DNA from: Schmidtea nova
Lineage: Eukaryota
Length of the DNA: 64,000 bases
Direction: 5' to 3'
Assembly (NCBI GenBank): GCA_044892505.1
Contig: CM097882.1
Span: 51,584,001 to 51,648,000 of the forward strand
Shown: piece after piece, positions 1 to 11,190 of the stretch
How positions within the stretch are numbered: position 1 is the first letter of the stretch
Layout: every line of letters starts with the position of its first letter
The notes under the pieces: generated by a model
Databases searched by the model: none
What the model saw: the letters and a program-made list of their open reading frames with translations, nothing else
Told to the model about the DNA's origin: nothing
Translations under genes and position numbers: made by a program

Positions 1-520
1 TCATCAATTAATGTACCAAATGTTAGAAGGATTAATTTTAGAGGGAGTGGTGGTTTACTTAGACGATATAATAATTTATGAACGAAATCGAAAAGAGCAC
101 AACAATATTTTCTGTAAAGTATTTAGTCACATAAAAGAAGCTGTATTAAAGAAAAGTGTCAATTCATTAAAGTGAAATGAATTTTATTGGACTTACTGTC
201 ATAAATAAAAATTTCCATAATAATAGGAATAAAATAAATTGAATAAAATTGGCTGTAGAGTCAAAATGTGTATCTCAACTTAGATCATTTTTGGGCTTGG
301 CAAATTATAATCTACGTTTTTAAAGGTTATTCGTGAACTGCAACGCCGTTTCACACTGCAACATTAGGTATAACAAAAGATTAATTTGGAATGATGATTG
401 CAATGCTAGTGTTAATAATGTTTAAAAAGTTCTATGAGAAGCTCCAGTGCTTGAATTTCCGATTTCAGACACAATTTTTATAATTAATACTGATTCCAGT
501 TTTGGGGCAATTGATGATGT
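1..520 (+). pseudogene. Degenerate Ty3/gypsy pol fragment (RT C-terminus to start of RNase H)
   Basis: Manual translation gives GVVVYLDD, SQLRSFLGLANY and NTDSSFGAIDDV. These match the RT/RNase H motifs of the gypsy copies at 30.6-32.8 kb and 40.2-40.9 kb. Many stops and frameshifts. Confidence 0.85.
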
Positions 521-2277
521 TGTAATGTTCTGTGGTCACACTAATCCATCAAAGAGTGTTTTGGAGTCTTTATGATTATGTCGATGTATTTGTTGTTTCA
601 TTGTATATTTTATACACCGTAATAGCTCTCGTTAGTAATGTTTGGATATTTTTTTTTAACTGTACGTGTTTATTTGTGTCCGTTTGAATTAATAATTGCT
701 AATTTTGATTAAATAAACTAATATGTTTGTTGATAATAACATGATATACTATGATTAGAGATGTTATAATCATTTAATGCCTTGTCTTATTTATATGTAA
801 TGTTGTGTAAATTATCTATGTAAAAATTTTGCAATACTTAGTATTTTGTCATTTTTATAAATAAAAAATAGTTGTTTAAAAGATGTTAGCGGATACCGCA
901 GAATAAAATTAAAAATATATCTTGATATTAAAAATTGATTATTGAAATATTATTTAAATACAATGTTGAATGATGAATATATAGAAGAATCAGAAAAGCG
1001 GTGTTTACGGTTCGCCTATATTACCGCTGATGATGATGCAAGATTTAAAAGATCAGTAAAGTACCTAGATCCGATAGAAGTAAAAAAAATCATTATGGAA
1101 GGTACGGATCTGTCGTTGCTACATTGGGTTGCTTTCAAAGGCTCAGTTGTAATTGTAAACTTTCTGATTGATAAAATGGAATTTCCTTTTGATCTTATAA
1201 TAATGCTGAGGTATGGACAACAGCCCATGTAGCTGTTATTGGTGGGAAAGATGCTTGCCTTGGATCACTTATTATGAGAAAACCAGAGGTTATCAATCAT
1301 CCTGATAGCAGGGGATGCACACTATTACATTTGGCGGTTGCTTATGGAAGATATCATTGTATGCACTATTTAACAAATTTTACAAGGGTGCTACCAAATC
1401 TAGATGCACAATGCAGAAACGTGTTTTGGACACCTTTAATTAATAATCTAATGCGTTTGATACCTGGTGATCGTAGTTTAAAAAGCCTCACAAATAATAC
1501 TAATAATCCCAACACGATATTTTTAAACTGTAATCCTGACGTATTTGTTTATTATATCTATTCTATAAACGATGTGACAGATGTATCACAATTAAAAATC
1601 GCCGTTACTGATATTAAAAAAATAACATTAAATATATGGTTTTATTCGAATTATGGAATTATGAATGGACCAGAATCAGACAATTATATCAACGCAATCC
1701 GATTTATTGGACAAGCATTTTCTAATAAGAAAGCCTTCAGTGGAACACTTCCTTATGAGATCCTTCTTGGGGGATTACCCGATGATTTCGATCGACCTTT
1801 GGTTTGGCCTGGAATTTATCTTATATTTCTATTTGGCATAACTGAGTGTATGGTAATAAATTTCCATAAATTGAATACAACTTATAAATATTCCAAAACA
1901 CCCAAATTTACCGCATTAGGATTAATAAACAATAACATTACAGTGACGAGAAACTATAATATCGATAAAATCACTTACGACGTACGTTTCTTGGAGCCAA
2001 ATAGATATAATGTTCTGTGCCTTTTAAAAATAATTATTTCAAAATATAGTCCGGTGATTCAAATTCAAAGTGAAAGTTCAATTCACAGTTTCAAGTCTCC
2101 ATACACAAATGCAGTTGCCAAGCAACACAAACTTCGTCCACCGGAACTCTACGAAGTATTATTGAATTTATTTGTAGAATTATTTAAAATTAGTTTCGGG
2201 GAAACAAAAATAAAATTGATGAATCGGCAACCACACCAAAAATCAGAATACCTTGGTGTGATTGCCGGTTCATCAAA
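521..2277 (+). mobile_element. ~1.76-kb insertion of unknown class splitting the gypsy RNase H motif
   Basis: The RNase H reading ...GAIDDV stops at 520 and resumes as V-LSQIKE at ~2283. GATGT flanks both sides (516-520, 2278-2282). The insert starts TGTAAT. No TIR or second LTR was found. Confidence 0.6.
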
Positions 2278-2287
2278 GATGTGTTAA
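963..2287 (+). CDS. Intronless ankyrin-repeat protein with an unrecognised ~250-aa C-terminal region; one frameshift near 1195-1200; 3' end cut by the junction
   Basis: Ankyrin motifs are LSLLHWVAFKGSVVIVNFLI, WTTAHVAVIGGKDACLGSLI (read in the frame of ORF 1274, upstream of its ATG) and GCTLLHLAVAYGRYHCMHYL. ORFs 942-1232 and 1274-2287 join by a single frame change. The stop (2285-2287) lies in flanking gypsy sequence. Confidence 0.75.
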
Positions 2288-2696
2288 GCCAGATAAAAGA
2301 AGCCAGAAGAGAAGTTCTGATTGCACGCATCAATGTGTTTGACAGCACATAAAACGGCATGATACGTTACAAAGAAGGAATAATTAGTTATTCATGAATT
2401 TATTGTGAATTTATTGAATTTATTATTGTTTACACAATATCTTCATGATAATAGATTCATTGCAAGATCAGATCATAACGCTTTGACTTTCATGAGCAAC
2501 ACAAAGAAACTAATTAGTCCGCAATTTCAGAGGTGGCTCGCTAACTTATCAAAAGATGATTTAGCTAAAATATCGGAAAGAAAATGATCATGAACATACA
2601 GGCGGATTTTCACGGATTCAAAATGATCTTTACTCGCAATGTGAAACAAGACATAAAAATACCAAAGAAGTAAAATCTAGAGTAAGGTATATAAAC
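2283..2696 (+). pseudogene. Continuation of gypsy RNase H remnant
   Basis: LSQIKE, RSDHNALTFMSNTKKLISPQFQRWLANLS (ORF 2405-2587) and the following C..H..K..K.R.RYIN tract, also seen in ORF 31350-31979. Confidence 0.85.
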
Positions 2697-3093
2697 TAGG
2701 TTGTTCTAAGGTGCCTAGGCGCCCCCTTAGTCAATTTTTCACTTTTGGCAGTTTCATTTTTTAGTATTAAATAATTGAAAAAAATAAATGTTTTTTTAAA
2801 GTTGTTAACTTTTAACTTAGAATTTTATTCAACTTATTATGATACACGATCGTCACCTAACAAATATTAATTATAATATTAATTAATTAAAATATTGATT
2901 ATAATATCAATTAAATATTAATTACAAAAAAATATTAATTATAATGCACTGGAACCTCGATTTGCGTCGTTAATTGGGACTGGAAAAAGATGACGCAAAT
3001 CGAGTTTTTAGTATTGACGTATGTATAACTATATTTTGTTAATAAGTACTAACAGAAAACAATTCCTTGTATCAAAAACTATTTAATTCATAT

Positions 3094-3848
3094 TGTTGGG
3101 TTATTATTCTGTAAGATCGGTTTACTGACCTGACTCCTCGTGCTCTTTAATTATCGAAATCAATGAAACCAACACAGAACAATCTTTTTATTCACGATCA
3201 ACACAAATTACAATCTTTGTTATACACACCTTTGATCAATTTACGCTTTCTTTGGATTCGGATTTGACTCTTTAGTTAACAGGATACTTTCTTACTTTGT
3301 CTGTTTAATTTCTTCAGGATCTTTCTTTATTTGTTTTCAAAGACCTTTTAATAATCTCTTTTTAACTATCCACTCGTCGGCCCGTCCTCTGTTTTGCGCT
3401 GCCTTTTATAGTTCTCGCAAATAGCAATTAGGTTTAATCGATATCTAAAAGTTAACCAATCTCGGGTTTAATTGTTTTGCTAACAAATAATTTTAATTAC
3501 CCTCGAATGGATTTTTCCTAATTGCCCCGACTTTGATCTCTCGGGTCTCTTTGCACTCGGCCTTTCCTCATCGCTCGGGTTTCCCCTTGCCTCGGGTTTC
3601 CCATTGTCTCGGACTTCCCATTGAGCAATTAATTAGTTTGTTTGTTTTTATTAAATAACTTTCTCTGGGGACCCCTTACTAAATTTCTATTATTATTTTT
3701 GGGTTCATCTTTTGATTTGGCATTCAACCATACCCATTTCCCCCAATGAATATTAATTTTAAATTTTTGATAAATTTTAATTAATTTTTGCACTTTATTT
3801 ATTTTGATATTTCTTGTTACTTTTGTGATTTTTATCCTAACCCCAACA
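3094..3848 (-). mobile_element. Solo LTR, family L (copy 1)
   Basis: TGTTGGG...CCCAACA termini and ATAT 4-bp TSD. Internal GGAAACCCGAG-like repeats and GAGGAGTCA motif are shared with 36396-37183 and 44300-45123. Confidence 0.8.
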
Positions 3849-4198
3849 ATATGTATATAATACCAACATAAGAAAACGCACATAAAGAAAATACTATAAT
3901 ACATAAATTCATTAACATAAAAGAAAATAAAAAATAACATAAAAATTCATTAAATAAAATAAAAAATCTTTTACATTGCACAAACATTATAACATAACTT
4001 ATAATTTAATATTGACTATAATTTAATATTGACGAGTGACGATTCTAAATCAATTAATATTTCTGTTGACTCATTTGGTTCTCGTACAGATTTAGTAAAA
4101 AAATTGTCCAAAGTTTGTTGAACTTTTGCCGCTTTTTTTCCAAGTAAATTTCCTTGTAGCAATTTATAGTACTTTCTATAGATCTAGTAACTTTTGAA

Positions 4199-4199
<1 letters not shown>

Positions 4200-4270
<71 letters not shown>
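4200..4270. repeat. (TA)n microsatellite; others at ~4408-4438, 7895-7938, 10955-11015, 20180-20248, 27515-27547, 63343-63372
   Basis: Directly visible. Confidence 0.95.
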
Positions 4271-4271
<1 letters not shown>

Positions 4272-4405
4272 CAATTTCCTAGAAAACGGACCGTGAATTA
4301 TAATTGGGATGTAATAATTGAATTACAGAATTAAATGGGACATCCTATTTATATAAAATTTAAGCGACGCAAACCAAAATTTTAACGACGCAAATCGAGG
4401 TTCTA

Positions 4406-4440
<35 letters not shown>

Positions 4441-4639
4441 ATATCATATTTAATTTAAAAGATATGGAATATAATAATTAGCTACTTATATTATAATAAT
4501 TAGTAAACTTTGAGCGTTCCGGAATCACAGATAATTAAATAAACAGATAATGTTGGGTAATTATTATATAATAGTTTTCAGGAGAATTTAAGAGAAAGAA
4601 AATATTCAGATAGTCAAATTTTCAGAGTCAATGCGGGGC

Positions 4640-4700
4640 TAGAAATTCGTCTGTTGAACTCGGGACAGTCAGGGTCAAATAGGGACGTCTGGCAACCCTG
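4640..4700. mobile_element. Isolated hAT-type terminus
   Basis: Ends GGGACGTCTGGCAACCCTG (rc CAGGGTTGCCAG). No partner end was found. Confidence 0.4.
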
Positions 4701-5038
4701 TGTGGAAATCCCATTACTATATTTAGGTAACTCCATTACCAAATGAAATAGCTGTAATTTATTTGACAGAGATTGTTAGCTTTTTTAATTAATCTATCTA
4801 ATTATCCATTGAATTATCTATAAAATATTCATGGTTCTAATTTTGAAAATAATAAAAGTATTATAACTGTTACATTCAATATTTTATTGTTTTATATATT
4901 CTTTTGTCTTTTATCCACAATTTTCATGGAAGAATTAAATTTTACATAAAAATGATAAAATATAATTTTTAACTCAGCAGTCAAATTGTTTAATTAAAAG
5001 TCGTATCAGTATTAATAATTAGTAAAAAGGGCGTAAAT

Positions 5039-5366
5039 CAGTTGTTTCCTAAGTGTGGGTCGCAAACCGAATAAATGGTTTTACCAGAAATTTTAATATC
5101 TAGTTGTTCGTATTAATTGTGTACATAGTAATTAGCTTCTAATTAATTTGCCGCAATACCAAAGTAAATGTCAAAGATGTTACTGCCAAAAGTAAAAAGA
5201 AAGCTTATTCATTTCGTGCATCCTCTTAATTATGCTTAAATATGTGCTTTTAAAAAAATATATAAATCAAAGTTTTTTGTTTTTACCTTGTTTTTTTACA
5301 AGTGGGTTGCGAAATATTTACGGTTTTAGTAGTGGGTCTCGTCTGGCAAAAGTCTGGGAACCACTG
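5039..5366. mobile_element. hAT (Charlie-like) MITE
   Basis: Left end CAGTTGTTTCCTAAGTGTGGGTCGC; right end rc CAGTGGTTCCCAGAC. The 8-bp flanks GCGTAAAT/ATGCAAAT differ only by transitions. Confidence 0.65.
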
Positions 5367-5699
5367 ATGCAAATTATTCAAAAATTAAAGAATTACTTGT
5401 TTCAAATTTTTCTTTTCTAATAATGCTTCTAATGCCATTTTAATTATTTGATTTATTAGATTTCATGATATTTTAAGATAATTAATAATTAATATTTTTC
5501 ATATTTCAAGAATAATTTTCATTTGTTTTAATAGATGATAAATTATTACATCATTAAGTAGGAAAAGTTCGATTTTGAATGATAAGTTTGATTTATTATA
5601 TCTCAAACAAGAAGCATAAAATTTATCAAAATATGCATCTAAATTATTAACAGAATTTTAGCATTTTAATAGTAGAATTTTTTTATGTTGATAGAACAA

Positions 5700-6900
5700 G
5701 CAGAAATAATGTTATGAAAGGCGTTTTCATGGTTTGTTGAGAATTGAATATTTTCATTATAAGAACTGATGGTGGCAGAGGGTTCATAAACCATTTCCTG
5801 TAGTTTGATCTACTTTTTGTGAGTCATAGTTGAGCTTTGTCTTGAAAAAAGGCGGGTTGATATTTCTTTTTTGACAAAGCTTTTTCTGCTTAATTTCAAG
5901 CTTCATCAAATTCGTCCAGTTAATTACAGTAAGCATCCTCCGTTATCAATTGACTAAGTTTCACGAAGTTGTACGGGATAATACCGGATAATACCGGTGC
6001 TTATTTTGAGTATACTAGGTTGCTCGCCATGTTTTGCACTTCATCGTTATTTAACCATTAAGTTAAAAATAATTCATTTTTCATCACAGTTAAAAAATAC
6101 AAATTCAATTTTTCATAAAATACCTCGAGTTTTTATTTTAAATCAAAATCTTTTACTGCAGTACACGATTACCGTTTCTTGCATTAAGGTCCGGTGTAGA
6201 ATTTGTTGAATTCTTACGAAAGAAGAACTTAAATTCGCTGAATTATCTTTAGTAATTGGAGCATGAACAAAACATAGAGCTTATTCAATATTCATTTGAT
6301 TCGTAATGTTTGAAGTTTTACCCGTAAACCTTTTGTCGGAGCAACTTATCTTTCCCTGTCTGGAGAAAATTTGAAAACTTTCTTCATTTTCGTAGCAGAA
6401 ATCTCAGTATTTTCCCACCATTATTTAATGAGCCTTGTAAAGATTGAACCATGGTGACAAGGTCAATCAGATAAACTCCATATTCTACCAGTTGGTAAAC
6501 GGTATATGCAACTTGAATCGTTTGTCTTTATGTTTCGATAGAAAATAAGGCCAATCTTTTATTACCAGTTAAATTCATGAAGAATCCATCCAGTTAGCTT
6601 ATTTACTTTGTAGATTTGTTTCAAAAGCTACATTATTGTTGTAAAAGTAATGTCAAATCTTATTGCTAATTGATGCGGAGGTTAAGAAGTATCCATTGCA
6701 CCTACAGATTTCATAATGAAAATGAAATTTCTCAAACTATTTTCTGCTTATAAGACAAACACTAGGCAAAGGAACCGGCAGTGAAAGGGCTTCAGATGTT
6801 AAAATTACAATGTCAAAGTAATTAATTTGAAAATTTGCTTGGAATTTTATAAGGTTTTGATGCCTCAGGTTTGGAACCAATAAGAATTTAATTATAGGTT
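5700..6900 (-). pseudogene. Highly degenerate retroviral-type integrase remnant
   Basis: Fragmentary minus-strand motifs IDLVTM, HAPITKDNSANLSSSF and FNSQQTMKTPF in the expected order. No long ORF. Confidence 0.3.
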
Positions 6901-7599
6901 AAAGACAGTTAAGAAAGACTTAAGAAAGTGAAATAAAAAGACTATGGAGGGTTTCGGACATAGGTGACAATAGTGACTGTTACATGCAATTAAATTAGTG
7001 TCATCTTAAATAACAATTTTTTTTAAAAACAATGATTTCAAATTTCGAAAGTTTAATCTGAATATTTAAACTGAGGCATTTGCAATTCTAATTTTAATAA
7101 AAATATTGACCATTATTTAAAATTATTTTAATATACAATATATAAAATGTTTAGTAACTCTGGAAATAATTACTGACAATAAATAAAAATTTTTTAAATA
7201 GATTTTCTTCTGCGTTGCGATTTGACTGTACTTAATTGACTTTATCTTCATATTGGTAAAACTGCTGTTTATTTGAACTTGCTTCTTCATATCGGTAAAA
7301 GTGCTGTTTATTTTTGTAAATTTAAACACGAACTAATTAATTTTTAATTTAAATTTTTAAATCAATAATGAACGTTTATTATAATAAAAATGTCGGCTCG
7401 TTGAGTTTAGAATTGCTTCCTAATATCATGGTTGAACCAGTTTCAGTAGTTTCTTTGACGATGCTTTTGAATGAATCGATGAAATGTTCGATATTGACTA
7501 AGTATTCTCCTGATTTTCAATATTCACTCTCTGATGCTGGAGAGCATCCCACTTCTGACACCAATTTTTAGTAACTCTGAAATAAATTATTATCAATAA

Positions 7600-7889
7600 T
7601 GAACGTTTATTATAATAAAAATGTCGGCTCGTTGAGTTTTGAATTGCTTCCTTCTTCATATTTAAATAAACCGCCATCCTTGAATTTGAGTTTGTTTGCT
7701 GCTTTTTATTTAATGAAACTGTCATCTTTGCATTTAAATTTGTTTGCTTGCCATTTTTTTGTCAACATTAAAACAACGATTACTCAATTTGTAGATAAAA
7801 TATATTTAATTTAATAATATATATATACTTATATAATATATAACAATTTAATTTTAAATAACAATATAATTTAAAATGTAAATAAATAA

Positions 7890-7941
<52 letters not shown>

Positions 7942-7960
7942 CGAAGACACTACAAAATGT
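7600..7960 (-). repeat. Unclassified interspersed repeat shared with 63324-63740 (opposite orientation)
   Basis: Both sites contain AAAAAAATGGCAAGCAAACAAATT.AAATGCAAAGAT.ACAGTTTCATTAAATAAAAAGCA...AACTCAAC..GCCGACATTTT and CATTTTGTAGTG.CTTCGTC(AT)n. Confidence 0.8.
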
Positions 7961-8909
7961 AAATAAATAAATAAAATTATTTTTAATTTAAAAAAAAAGA
8001 GTTTGGGAATTCCTTACAGTGATTAAATTATTTATAGTAAATGCTGGTAGCAATTATCAAAATAAGAATTGTTATTCAATATACGCTAGGTGGTTAGTTA
8101 CTTATTTGATTAAAGAGCAGGAATAATCAGTATTTGGTAATTGTTATTATTTATTAATCAAAAACCTAAAAAAGCTATAAAATAAATTAAAATAAAATAA
8201 ATACAAAAACAAGTATTACTAAAGGAAAAAACTGATCATTAAACATAATCATAAATATCATTATTATCTCTTATTTTCACCTTTGATCTTTTAGTTTATC
8301 TTTCTGAAATATTCATTTGTTTACAAAATTTTTTATTTGAAATAATAGATTGTGATATTCAAACTATTCGTATAGACGAAAATTACTGATTATTGCCATC
8401 AATCAGATTAGTGAAAAACTAATGATGAGGGATATTTTGAAGATGCAGATTATTTTGAAGTAACATTTCTCAATTTTTCTTATTCTGACTTGCCAAATCT
8501 GAAATTTAGACCCCAAAGGCTCCTCAAAAATTCTAATTGCTCACTGTTTGAAATGAATTTCAGAAAATTGGACGGTAAGATAATATCGGAGGAATTGAGA
8601 TTCTTTATTTTTGGTATGGTCTTGTTGGCATTCGAGTTGAGAGAAAGTATTTTTTATAAAAAATTAATTAAAAATTATAATATTGAAATATTTCTCAGAT
8701 AGAGAAGTGCCCTGTCCTAAAAAATAAAAAATCCCTATCTACACTATGGAAAAATTATAAATCAACTAAATTGTTTGTTTCTATGCCATCCACAAATCTT
8801 TCTTTCATCATAAATAAAAAAACACTTCTCTTTATATATCTTAGTTTAACATAAAGTATACATAGATTTTTTTACTCTGTAGGACTTCTTTACACCATAT
8901 ATATATATA

Positions 8910-9430
8910 TTATTAATATCAATAATTCCCATAATGGATGACTATAGATCAAAATTTCTTTAAATAAGTACACAATATTTCGGCACAGCTTTTATCAAGT
9001 GTGTATTGATAAAGGCTGTGCCGAAATACTGTGTACTTATTTAACCGCTTAATGCACAGTTCCGTGACATATACGGGCAACGCTTACTTGCAGAATTGGA
9101 CAGCTGCGTGAACGTCACGGTCGTTGCAATTTTATATGTATTAAAATATTAAAGCTCCGAGAGAGACAAGGTATTGGTGCGCTGATTGCAACGTTGGACT
9201 CTGCGTATTCCCTTGTTTTAAAACTTATCATACGCAATTAAAATATTAAAAAAATATATTTTTTCTTTTATATGTGAGATAAAATAGGCATAAATAATAA
9301 TTATTTGTAAAAAATTAAATGTTTTTTTTTGAACCTAAATTAATAAAATAAATGTGCATTTTGATCTATAGTCATTCAATATGGTAATTATTGATATAAT
9401 AATAAAAAAAGATCAAAGGTGAAAAAAGAT
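8910..9430. mobile_element. Palindromic hairpin element family P1 (copy interrupted by piggyBac)
   Basis: GACTATAGATCAAAA, then a ~40-bp stem (TAAATAAGTACACA..TTTCGGCACAGC..TTTATCAA) with loop GTGTGTA (8999-9005), then the mirrored arm TTGATCTATAGTC...GATCAAAGGTGAA (~9360-9425). Confidence 0.8.
9045..9360 (+). mobile_element. Internally deleted piggyBac inserted at TTAA inside the P1 hairpin arm
   Basis: TTAA|CCGCTTAATGCACA left end. Encodes the piggyBac Cys-rich tail ETRYWCADCNVGLCVFPCFKTYH. Right TIR is only partial (TGTGCATT). Confidence 0.75.
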
Positions 9431-10029
9431 ATATTTGAAGTTATGCGGTTTTTTAGTTCGTAATTTTTTTATTCGTAATTTTTTAATACTATTTGGTAGT
9501 TATGCGTTCTTTTTCCATCTTTTGTATGCTATTTTGTGTTGGAATTCTCGTCGCATATCGTTCCTAATTATTTTTTTTCGGTGGGATTCCCACTTTTGGA
9601 AAGTTTTCTTCATTTCTTGTAAAAAAACGTACCAGTCGAGCTCATCATTATTTTTTATGCTGTCAGTAAAAGTCTAAATTCGTTAAGTTTAATGTAAAAT
9701 TTTTAATAAATAGAAGATGTGTATATATATATATATAATTCCAGTAAATTTTACGAAAATCATTTTATGAAATACAAATTCTTTTCAAATATGTAGTACA
9801 TAGATGAAAAATGAAATAAAATATTCATCTAAAATATGGCTTCCTGTGTTTCATTGGTATTTCATCATGATCATTGCCACCAAAAATAATCATATCTCAG
9901 CAGCCCTTGCAGACTGAAACCATAGAAGTAATTACAAACTTATTTCCAAATCATTTCTCATATGGACAAACTTAAAGTTAATATAAAACTAGAAAATCGA
10001 TTAATCGTATCCTTGTATTTTCTAAATTC

Positions 10030-10952
10030 AGCCAATAGAATTTTCTTATTGAGTTTATCTACTGATATTGTATCTAGATATAAAATAAATATTGGTATGT
10101 GCAAATTACCTAAAATATGGCATCTATAAATCCTTAGTAACCAATTAACTGAAACGTCACAGTATACATAATGCTTACTATAAGATTACCATCAAGTTTC
10201 TTGCTAACGGCTTAATTGCATAAGCACCAATATATGTATTTTTTAAGTTAGAGTTTGAATATTGTTAATTTATTTAAATTTAATTTTTATTGGCAAAAAA
10301 AATTTTTCTCATTCATATATGTAGCAATGTGGAAAAAACTACAATAATGAAGTAAATATATATTTATGCAAATAAAATTTCTTCATGCTGCATTTTAAAA
10401 TCTCCTTTTCTTTTAATTCTAATTATTTAAACAAAATTGAAATCTTAATTTTGTTAATATTTCAAATTAAAATTGCGATCCAAATTGGAAGCACTACAAT
10501 AGTCCCTGCCGAAGTAGGCGGAGCGTATGGGGGCCTTTGGTGTTGGGATAGCTGGTGTAGTAGATGGTGGTTCGGTGAAGCCCTCCTCTCCTTGGTCTTG
10601 CGCTGGGATCGCTTGTAACGTTTGTAGATTCCATTTGGTTGTAAATGTTGGTGCTGTAGATGTTGGTTCTGTGGATGCTGGTGCTGTAGATGTTGGTACT
10701 ATAGATGCTGTAGATGTTGGTGCTGTATATACTGGTGCTGTGGATGCTGATGCTGTCACTTCTGACACCAATTGTAGCGATTTGGAAAAACTACAATAAT
10801 GAGGTAAAAATATATTTATGTAAATAAAATTTCTTCTTCATGCTGCATTTTAAAAATCTCCTTTTCTTTTAATTCTAATTATTTAAATAAAATTGAAATC
10901 TCAATTTTGTTAATATTTCAAATTAAAATTGCGATTTAAATCAGAGGCACTG

Positions 10953-11022
<70 letters not shown>

Positions 11023-11190
11023 ATTTGAAGAACAAGAAATAAAAGGTGCAGTATCCTGTGGCGTTTGAGTTAAATGATTACTAAAGATTTATATATTCCA
11101 CGTTTCAGGTAATTTGCAGATATCAATATTTATTTTATATCTAGATACAATATCGTTAGATGAACTCAATTAGAAAGTTCTGATTATGAC
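10030..11190. mobile_element. Foldback/MITE-like element with ~150-bp imperfect inverted repeats
   Basis: ~10030-10175 is the reverse complement of ~11045-11190 (e.g. TATTGTATCTAGATATAAAATAAATATTG and ACGTCACAGTATAC). Confidence 0.65.
10320..10955 (-). mobile_element. TRIM-like miniature LTR retroelement (LTRs 10320-10498 and 10773-10955)
   Basis: ~180-bp direct repeats with TGTAG...CTACA ends (decayed at 10955). On the minus strand the 5' LTR is followed by AT and then TGGTGTCAGAAGTG (10757-10770), a primer-binding site common in gypsy elements. TATA flanks both sides. Confidence 0.8.

Larger units (their letters stand above)
2947..4408. mobile_element. Tigger/pogo-type non-autonomous element hosting a solo LTR and (TA)n
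   Basis: TIRs CACTGGAACCTCGATTTGCGTCGTTAA (2947) and TTAACGACGCAAATCGAGGTTCTAGTA (~4382-4408), followed by TA. Confidence 0.75.

Noticed and set aside
547-560. CATCAAAGA(T)GTGTT recurring near both ends of the ankyrin insert (547 and 2271)
   Set aside because: Short, offset from the left boundary and partly within host sequence; cannot be distinguished from chance.
10454-10799. Mucin-like PTSTA ORF and the opposite-strand VDVG repeat ORF as host genes
   Set aside because: They lie entirely between the LTRs of the TRIM-like element, starting within the PBS, with no splice context.
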